DNA from: Bdellovibrionia bacterium
Lineage (GTDB): Bacteria; Bdellovibrionota; UBA1018
NCBI GenBank assembly: GCA_045805065.1
Contig: JBJMMA010000179.1
Coordinates: 1-12,053 of the forward strand
Length of the DNA stretch: 12,053 nt
Direction: 5' to 3'
A program made the translations under genes and the position numbers. This document shows positions 6,479 to 12,053 of this stretch, in pieces. The notes under the pieces are model-generated. The model did not search any database, had not been told where the DNA came from, and worked only from the letters and a program-made list of their open reading frames with translations. How positions within the stretch are numbered: position 1 is the stretch's first letter; the number at the start of each line of letters is the position of its first letter.

Positions 6479-7384
6479 ATGTTCGACAAACTGAAGGGCC
6501 CACTCTTCATTGCACTTGCAGCACTTCTTTGGGCAACGGATTCGCCGTTTCGGGCTCCGCTCACCCAGCGAATCGATCCAATCTCCATCGTGCTCTTTGA
6601 GCATGTCCTGGGACTGCTCGTTCTGTTTGTCATCGCGATGATCAAAGATCGCGCGGCGCTTTTACAGATGAAGTTCACGGATTGGGTTCTCGCAATCCTC
6701 GTGGGTGCTGGGGGATCGGCTCTAGCCACCTTTTTGTTCACCGCGGCCTTTGCGCATCTCAATCCTTCGGTTGTGATCCTTCTTCAAAAGCTTCAGCCGA
6801 TTTTTGTGACGCTCGTTGCTTATGTTTTCCTGAAAGAGCGCCCGGAGAAAAACTTTTACGGTTGGGCCGCCGTCGCGCTTGTTGCGGCAGTTCTACTGAG
6901 CATGCCTTATTTGCAGGCAACGACTTCCCTCCAGGGAATCCTCTCGCTGAGCCTGGAATCTCAAGGCGTGATCTACGCGCTCGGTGCCGCAGCCCTTTGG
7001 GGAACTGCAACCGTTTGCGGCAAGGTTCTGCTCAAGAGGCACTCGCCCCTGGTGGTTACCTTTTGGCGATATGCTTTCGGTGTAATCACATTAGTTGCTA
7101 TTGCTAACGTTTCTCCCATTCAGCATGGAGTAAGCTGGGAGATCCTCTCATCCGGAGTTTTCAAATCACTATTGTATATGAGTCTAATATCGGGGCTGCT
7201 CTCGATGCTCATTTACTACCGAGGACTCGTCCAAACTCCTGCGAGCGTGGCCACATTTGTTGAGCTTGTTTATCCGGTAAGTGCTGTTCTTTTGAATCTC
7301 TGGCTGCTGCACGCAACTCTTTCGCCTCTTCAAGCTTGCGCAGGCACTGCGTTAGTCTTTTCGGTGCTCAGACTCTCTATCTGA
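6479..7384 (+). CDS. DMT/EamA family transporter
   Basis: 301 aa, about 10 hydrophobic helices in two EamA-like repeats (AALLW...LQPIF...LKE; AAALWG...YYRGL...PV). Starts 7 nt after the trmFO stop. Confidence 0.9.
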   Translation: MFDKLKGPLFIALAALLWATDSPFRAPLTQRIDPISIVLFEHVLGLLVLFVIAMIKDRAALLQMKFTDWVLAILVGAGGSALATFLFTAAFAHLNPSVVILLQKLQPIFVTLVAYVFLKERPEKNFYGWAAVALVAAVLLSMPYLQATTSLQGILSLSLESQGVIYALGAAALWGTATVCGKVLLKRHSPLVVTFWRYAFGVITLVAIANVSPIQHGVSWEILSSGVFKSLLYMSLISGLLSMLIYYRGLVQTPASVATFVELVYPVSAVLLNLWLLHATLSPLQACAGTALVFSVLRLSI

Positions 7385-7482
7385 TCAAAATGCTTTAGTG
7401 CTTTCTGGCTCCAAACAGGACCCTTCTGTCCACGGATCTTCGACCTCAAACGTCAAAAAGGGCCAAAACGCACCTGCTGCCG

Positions 7483-7565
7483 TGCGATATTTTTTGCAGT
7501 AACTACGTAATTTCAAATACTTAGATCATTTTCTGTTTAAAAAACAAGTTGGCAAGCAGGTTGCT
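7483..7565 (+). promoter_or_regulatory. Sigma54 promoter of the outer-membrane protein, with candidate IHF and enhancer sites
   Basis: TTGGCAAGCAGGTTGCT (7549-7565, GG-N10-GC). IHF-like TTTCAAATACTTA at 7511-7523 (1 mismatch to WATCAANNNNTTR). Imperfect palindrome TGCGATATTTTTTGCA at 7483-7498. Confidence 0.7.
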
Positions 7566-7642
7566 CTACGGCACACTGCAGCCACTTGAAACCGGACGAC
7601 GGTGAGTCGCTGCGGAGTTTCAATAAACAGGAGATCGATACA

Positions 7643-8563
7643 ATGAAACCGATGACACGTTCTTGGTCTGCCGCTCTTGCGGGGACCGCAGCCCTTGCAG
7701 CATGTGTTGCCACTGCTGTAATGATGACCAGCGTTGAAGCACTGGCCGACACGACGGCTACGGTCGCTACGCCAGATGCAACCAATGCGTCTGTCACCAA
7801 TATCGAAACCCCGACCTACAAAAAGATCTTGGATCGCGTCGGCGTCATGTTCATTTCCCAATGGTACGGCTCTTCTGTGGGCAGAATCACTGACCCAGTG
7901 CAACCGGACGAATACGGTTTGACCAAAGAAGCCGGAAATGACCCACAAGAATTCGACAACACTCTGTTGACGACCTACAAGCTCAATGACAACGGCCTGG
8001 TTGCAGGCTTTGCCGTCAATGAAGTCTTCTACATGTATGGAAAAGGCCACGTCTTCGTGGACCCCTACCTCAAGATTGCTAAGTCCAATCTGGTCAAGAA
8101 CGGCGGCTTCACCTTTGGTGGCGACTTCCGTACCTATCTGCCGGTTTCACGCGGCTCACACAATTCTGACCGCCTCACGCGCTTCAGATCGTTCTCAACG
8201 GCAAACTACGATATTCCAAATACGAAGTTCAGTCTTCAATCGTTTAACGACATCAACTACTACGTTTACGGCAGCAACGCCGCAGCTGATGCAAGGGACC
8301 TCTTGGTCCTTGTCCAGCCAACGATCAACTACCAGCCTCTGACCCAACTCGGTTTCTACGTGGGTTACGAACTGGACGCAAAGCACACCAAGAACAAGGA
8401 TACCTTTGATCTGACCGCTGCAGGCACCTGGCTCTATGCAGGTACCTCTTGGGACGTCACGCCTAAGATGAACTTCAGCCCTTACCTGGCATTCCGTCCA
8501 GGTGGAGCGGTGAATGCGGACTCCACTCAGATCCAAGCTTATTTCACTTATAAGCTTCTTTAA
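7643..8563 (+). CDS. Outer-membrane beta-barrel (porin-like) protein of unknown family
   Basis: SD AGGAG before ATG 7643. Signal peptide ending ALA, a Thr/Ala-rich linker, then amphipathic strands with alternating aromatic or hydrophobic residues, ending IQAYFTYKLL. Confidence 0.75.
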   Translation: MKPMTRSWSAALAGTAALAACVATAVMMTSVEALADTTATVATPDATNASVTNIETPTYKKILDRVGVMFISQWYGSSVGRITDPVQPDEYGLTKEAGNDPQEFDNTLLTTYKLNDNGLVAGFAVNEVFYMYGKGHVFVDPYLKIAKSNLVKNGGFTFGGDFRTYLPVSRGSHNSDRLTRFRSFSTANYDIPNTKFSLQSFNDINYYVYGSNAAADARDLLVLVQPTINYQPLTQLGFYVGYELDAKHTKNKDTFDLTAAGTWLYAGTSWDVTPKMNFSPYLAFRPGGAVNADSTQIQAYFTYKLL

Positions 8564-8566
8564 GTC

Positions 8567-8622
8567 GAGGCGGCCTCGCCGCTACGCTTAGAGTGAGGCG
8601 GCCCTGCCGCTACGCTTAGAGT
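8567..8622. repeat. Two tandem 28-bp REP-like units (copies C and D)
   Basis: GAGGCGGCCTCGCCGCTACGCTTAGAGT (8567-8594) and GAGGCGGCCCTGCCGCTACGCTTAGAGT (8595-8622) differ only in the hairpin loop. Each has a GCGGC-N3-GCCGC stem and GTAG on the minus strand. Confidence 0.85.
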
Positions 8623-8642
8623 GACTAGTTCCCCCCACAAAC

Positions 8643-8699
8643 CTAGGCCCGTAGCGTTTCTTTGGATGGTCAAAGAAAACTACGGGCCTAGTTGTTTTT
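8643..8699 (+). terminator. Intrinsic terminator after the OMP gene
   Basis: CTAGGCCCGTAG-cg-TTTCTTTG-gatggt-CAAAGAAA-a-CTACGGGCCTAG followed by TTGTTTTT. Confidence 0.8.
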
Positions 8700-8757
8700 A
8701 ACGCACGACAGCTTAGTGGACAGTCGAGCACAGGATGTGCGAGAAGATTGGTTACCT

Positions 8758-9498
8758 ATGAAAACTTTGACCGAATTCGCCGCTGTCACTCTGAAAAACG
8801 CCGCAAAAACCAAACAAGAGCTCACCACCGCCGGGAAGACTGCTGAAGAACTTCCTGCTGCAATGGGCGAAGCTCTCAAAGTCGAAGGCGACAAGCTGAC
8901 CTTTTTGATGAACGCACTCGAAGTCGTGGGCGATAAGCTGGAAGACCTCAAGCGCGTCGTCGTTTTCACTCTCGGCGAAAACGAAAAGGCTCCATACGGC
9001 GCCGTTCTAAAGGGCGAACAACATTACAGCACCGAATACTATCCTCCGCTGAACCCGCCTAAAGGCAAAGGTCCCCAAGGTGGCGGCGACAAAGGTCGCG
9101 GCGGCAAGGGCGGTAAAGACGGTAAAAAAGGAAAGCGCGGACGCGGCGGACGTGGAGGTCGCGGTGAAGGTGGCGGTCCTGGCCGTGGCGAAGGACGTGG
9201 CCCTGGTCGTGGCCCCGGAAGAGGTGAAGGACGCGGTGAAGGTGGAAAGCCTTTGGATCGTGAAGCACTTCAACATCCAGGTGGCGATCGCCCACGCGGT
9301 GAGCGCGGCGGACATCCAGGTGAAGCAGGCGCAAGACCTCCTCGTGGCCCAAGACCAGACCGTGGCCCTAAGCCGCAAGGCGGCGGTCAAGGTCCCCAGC
9401 CGCAAAGCGGACATGGTCCTAAGATCAAGCCAAAAGAAAGCGGCGCACCAGCTGCTGCTTCTCAGGCTACTTCTGAGCCAGAAAAAGACAAAAGCTGA
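8758..9498 (+). CDS. Hypothetical protein: about 95-aa globular N-domain plus a long Arg/Gly-rich (RGG/RG) disordered tail
   Basis: ATG 8758 (the track's TTG 8692 lies in the terminator's U-tract). MKTLTEFAAVTLKNAAK...EYYPP is followed by KGRGGKGG, RGRGGRGGRGEGG and GPGRGEGR repeats. Confidence 0.75.
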   Translation: MKTLTEFAAVTLKNAAKTKQELTTAGKTAEELPAAMGEALKVEGDKLTFLMNALEVVGDKLEDLKRVVVFTLGENEKAPYGAVLKGEQHYSTEYYPPLNPPKGKGPQGGGDKGRGGKGGKDGKKGKRGRGGRGGRGEGGGPGRGEGRGPGRGPGRGEGRGEGGKPLDREALQHPGGDRPRGERGGHPGEAGARPPRGPRPDRGPKPQGGGQGPQPQSGHGPKIKPKESGAPAAASQATSEPEKDKS

Positions 9499-9520
9499 TC
9501 GTATTTCAGCTTCTTAATTT
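9492..9520 (+). terminator. Weak hairpin, possible partial terminator before yebC
   Basis: AAGCTGA-tcgtatt-TCAGCTT followed by CTTAATTT. It overlaps the upstream stop codon. Confidence 0.25.
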
Positions 9521-9545
9521 AGTTAACCCAGAGATATAAAGACTT

Positions 9546-10271
9546 ATGGGCGCACAGTGGAAACACGCAGGTAAAATTAGCAATGCCTCCAAAAGAGGCG
9601 CGGTCATCAGCAAGATGGCGAAGGAAATCGCGATCGCTGCAAAAGGCGGCGCGGATCCTAATTACAACGCCAAGCTTCGTATCGCTGTTGAAGCAGCCAA
9701 GAAGCAATCCGTCCCTCGCGACGTGATTGAGCGCGCGATCAAAAAAGGCGCAGGCCTGCTTGAAGGCGTGAGCTACGAGTTGGTTGTCTATGAAGGGTTT
9801 GCTCCTCATCAAGTGCCTCTCATTGTTGAGTGCATGACGGACAACAAAAACCGCACTGCTGCAGACATCCGCGTCCTTTTCCGCAAAGCTCAGCTCGGTG
9901 CCAGCGGTTCAGTGGGCTGGATGTTTGATCGCATGGGAATCATTGAAGCCACTCATGCAAACACTTCGCTTGACCTTGAAGGCGCTGCGATCGAAGCAGG
10001 CGCGCAAAATGTTGAGAAGCTCGAAGAAGCCCAAAAAGACGAAGACGGAAATCTTCTTCTTGGCGGACGTTTTTTCAGCGATCCAACGGATCTTGACACC
10101 GTTCGCACTGCCCTTCAAAACGCGGGCTGGAACGTGACGATGTCAGAACTTGGATACATTCCAAAGAACTACGTCGAGCTTTCTGAAGAGCAGCTCAAGG
10201 AAGTCACCGAGTTTCTGCAAACCGTGGACGATAACGATGACGTCCACCGTGTTTACGCAGCGATCAAGTAA
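9546..10271 (+). CDS. YebC/PmpR (TACO1) family protein
   Basis: 241 aa with GADPNYNAKLR, IERAIKK, YEGFAP, ECMTDNKNRT, GSVGWMF and DDNDDVHRVY motifs. Confidence 0.95.
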   Translation: MGAQWKHAGKISNASKRGAVISKMAKEIAIAAKGGADPNYNAKLRIAVEAAKKQSVPRDVIERAIKKGAGLLEGVSYELVVYEGFAPHQVPLIVECMTDNKNRTAADIRVLFRKAQLGASGSVGWMFDRMGIIEATHANTSLDLEGAAIEAGAQNVEKLEEAQKDEDGNLLLGGRFFSDPTDLDTVRTALQNAGWNVTMSELGYIPKNYVELSEEQLKEVTEFLQTVDDNDDVHRVYAAIK

Positions 10272-10273
10272 TC

Positions 10274-10296
10274 GCCGCGTCTTTAAGCGACGCGGC
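10274..10296. terminator. GC-rich hairpin between the convergent yebC-family and PfpI-family genes
   Basis: GCCGCGTC-tttaagc-GACGCGGC, overlapping the PfpI stop codon. T-tracts are poor. Confidence 0.45.
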
Positions 10297-10873
10297 TTCC
10301 GCTTCGATAGAGATGACCCAGCTCGTCCATGAATGCCTGGCAGAAGCGTGGCACATCCTGCAAACCACGTGAGGTGATTACGTTGGTATCGACGATCACT
10401 TCCTGGTCTTTCCAAATGGCTCCCGCGCGCTCAAGATCCTTTTGAATGGAAGGAGCCGAAGTAAGGGTGCGTCCTTGCGCGACTCCTGAGTCAGCTAAAA
10501 GCCAAGGCGCATGCCCGATGAGGCCGATTGGCTTTCCGGCAGCAAAGAAGTTCTGCAAAAAGCCCAGATGAAGACGCGATTCGCGCATGTGATCGACACT
10601 CATGACTCCGCCTGGAACAAGAACGCCCTGATAGCGCTCAGGACTTACATCCTGAATCATCGCACGAGGAGAAACGAGTTGAGTCATTCTCATTCCGTTC
10701 ATCCCCTGCACGCCTCTCTGCATCTGGCTTTGAGTCTGCGCTAAGATTTCCACGACAGCGCCTGCGCTTTGGAGGTCTTGAAGAGGCTCATTGAGCTCAA
10801 TTTCCTCAAAACCATCCGAGATCAAAACTGCCACACGGATATCTTGTAGAAAAACTCTTCCAGATTGCGCCAT
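10283..10873 (-). CDS. PfpI/DJ-1 family (type 1 glutamine amidotransferase-like) protein lacking the nucleophile Cys
   Basis: VAVLISDGFEEIEL, VPGG, GRTLTS, DLERAGAIWKDQEVIVD and ITSR motifs. The nucleophile elbow reads GLIGHAPWLL instead of xxICH[GA]PW. Confidence 0.9.
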   Translation of the reverse strand: MAQSGRVFLQDIRVAVLISDGFEEIELNEPLQDLQSAGAVVEILAQTQSQMQRGVQGMNGMRMTQLVSPRAMIQDVSPERYQGVLVPGGVMSVDHMRESRLHLGFLQNFFAAGKPIGLIGHAPWLLADSGVAQGRTLTSAPSIQKDLERAGAIWKDQEVIVDTNVITSRGLQDVPRFCQAFMDELGHLYRSGSRVA

Positions 10874-10921
10874 AGATTCTCTCCGCCTTTCTTAGAAAGT
10901 TGCCAAACCGCGGCGATCTCA

Positions 10922-10938
10922 AGCAATCCTTATGCCTT
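10922..10938 (-). promoter_or_regulatory. Sigma54 (-24/-12) promoter of the PfpI-family gene
   Basis: Minus strand AAGGCATAAGGATTGCT: GG(10936-10935)-N10-GC(10924-10923), about 50 nt upstream of ATG 10873. Confidence 0.55.
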
Positions 10939-10987
10939 TTGCAGAATCGACGCGGCGCAGTTCTGAAAAATACGTACTTGAGCCGAG

Positions 10988-11221
10988 CTATGACTTAGAA
11001 AAGTAGCGAACCAAATAAGCAATCAAGGAGAGGACGACGCTCACCAGGATCGAAGTCGTGAGCGGAAAGTAAAACCGAAAGTTCTCTTTTTCGATCGCGA
11101 TATCTCCAGGAAGTTTTCCCAGAGGGAAGCCCCCTGGTAACCGACTCAATAGTTGCCAGACGATGCCCAAAACAATCAGCAGCGCTCCAGCAATGAAGAG
11201 AAAACGAGGACCTGTGTTCAT
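10988..11221 (-). CDS. DUF2905 family small membrane protein
   Basis: 77 aa, two hydrophobic segments flanking LGKLPGDIAIEKENFRFYFPLTTSILVS. Confidence 0.9.
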   Translation of the reverse strand: MNTGPRFLFIAGALLIVLGIVWQLLSRLPGGFPLGKLPGDIAIEKENFRFYFPLTTSILVSVVLSLIAYLVRYFSKS

Positions 11222-11259
11222 AAGTCAGCCTAGACCAGACGATTCCTAGGCTGACTTAT
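11220..11259. other. Perfect 14-bp inverted repeat spanning the interval from the smORF stop to the DUF2905 start
   Basis: ATAAGTCAGCCTAG(11220-11233)-12 nt-CTAGGCTGACTTAT(11246-11259). Confidence 0.85.
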
Positions 11260-11435
11260 CGCCTTGGAATCCAATCGTTCATCTGCGCGACCCACGCCGC
11301 AGCGAGCAAGCCGCAAAACAAGACGACCGTGAGCAGAATGTAAACAAGATAAGGATGTTTCCAGATCGATCCCTGATGCTCAGGTTCAGGTGACAGCCGG
11401 TTTTGATCGTTTTGATCAGGCGATTCATTAGACAT
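11256..11435 (-). CDS. Unannotated 59-aa single-pass membrane microprotein
   Basis: Manual translation: MSNESPDQNDQNRLSPEPEHQGSIWKHPYLVYILLTVVLFCGLLAAAWVAQMNDWIPRR*. It is shorter than any ORF in the track and fills the gap between DUF2905 and the hydroxylase gene. A TTGCGA-N16-GATAAT promoter candidate ends 11 nt before the ATG. Confidence 0.7.
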   Translation of the reverse strand: MSNESPDQNDQNRLSPEPEHQGSIWKHPYLVYILLTVVLFCGLLAAAWVAQMNDWIPRR

Positions 11436-11531
11436 GATAGTTTGCGATTATCACGGAAAGAATGCGTGTCGCAACGAAGGACTGCCCCCCACTGGCGTCT
11501 CTCCCAGGGATGGGGTATCGTACGAGCAACT

Positions 11532-12053
11532 ATGCCGCAGCGCTCACTCACGGTCACGGAACAAATTCCCGAGTATCTTCAACCTTACATCGCTCATCAG
11601 GACCCATCGCTTTATACGCCGATTGATCACGCAAGCTGGCGATTCATTCTGAAGATCTCTCAAGCCTTCTTTGCCAAGAATGCGCACCCCATGTATCTGA
11701 ACGGACTCCGTGAGACGGGCATTTCAACCGATCGCATTCCTTTGATCTCGGAGATGGATCAAAAGCTTCGCCGCTTTGGCTGGCGCGCAGTTCCGGTCTC
11801 AGGATTTATTCCACCGGCCGTATTTATGGAATTTCTGTCGCGCGGAGTGCTTCCGATCGCATGCGATATGCGGAAGATCGAAAATATATCTTACACCCCT
11901 GCACCTGATATTGTTCACGAAGCGGCGGGCCACGCTCCGATCATCGCTGAACCATCCTACGCTGCTTACTTGCGCCACTACGGTGAGCTTGCCGAGAAAG
12001 CCATTTACTCCAAGCAGGATCTCGATGTTTACGAAGCGGTTCGTAATCTTTCG
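11532..12053 (+). CDS. phhA: Pterin-dependent aromatic amino acid hydroxylase (phenylalanine 4-monooxygenase-like); 3' end lies beyond the window
   Basis: Not in the ORF track. Manual translation: MPQRSLTVTEQIPEYLQPYIAHQDPSLYTPIDHASWRFIL...GWRAVPVSGFIPPAVFMEF...YTPAPDIVHEAAGHAPII...YEAVRNLS. It contains the iron-binding PDxxHExxGH motif. Confidence 0.9.
   Translation, partial: MPQRSLTVTEQIPEYLQPYIAHQDPSLYTPIDHASWRFILKISQAFFAKNAHPMYLNGLRETGISTDRIPLISEMDQKLRRFGWRAVPVSGFIPPAVFMEFLSRGVLPIACDMRKIENISYTPAPDIVHEAAGHAPIIAEPSYAAYLRHYGELAEKAIYSKQDLDVYEAVRNLS

Noticed and set aside
8567..8622. 28-bp palindromic direct repeats as a mini CRISPR array
   Set aside because: The units abut with no spacer, there are only two, no cas genes are present, and dispersed copies at 5036 and 5113 fit a REP-like family better.
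9007..9517. Alternative-frame ORFs (145-aa Val/Ala-rich, 135 aa and 97 aa)
   Set aside because: By-products of the stop-poor, low-complexity Gly/Arg codons of the 8758-9498 gene.
10937..10970. Imperfect inverted repeat TTTTGCAGAA...TTCTGAAAAA
   Set aside because: Weak AT-rich stem. It could be a DUF2905 terminator or an operator next to the sigma54 site, but it cannot be assigned from sequence.
11279..11652. Track ORFs 11279-11557 (-) and 11434-11652 (+)
   Set aside because: Wrong frames. The region is better explained by the 59-aa smORF (11435-11256) and the hydroxylase starting at 11532.

Overview
Bacterial chromosomal window (moderate GC; the gene mix suggests a diderm, possibly Bdellovibrionota or a related lineage, which is inference only). 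Genes: a GT-C/ArnT-type glycosyltransferase (runs off the left edge, absent from the ORF track), a DUF3568-like lipoprotein, an MpaA-like M14 peptidase coupled to DedA, xerC divergent from trmFO and an EamA transporter, an outer-membrane beta-barrel, an RGG-tailed hypothetical protein, YebC/PmpR, a PfpI/DJ-1 protein lacking its catalytic Cys, DUF2905, an unannotated 59-aa membrane microprotein, and an aromatic amino acid hydroxylase (runs off the right edge, absent from the track). The main novelty is a tandem array at 1442-2342 of small secreted six-cysteine proteins (C-x6-C-x20-C-x3-C-x5-C-x10-C): two intact paralogs with duplicated promoters plus a 5'-truncated, frameshifted third copy hidden in 'intergenic' DNA. 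Also seen: four GTAG-type REP-like palindromes (one in-frame in the trmFO 5' end), three sigma54-type promoters, and a hairpin that exactly spans a stop-to-start interval.
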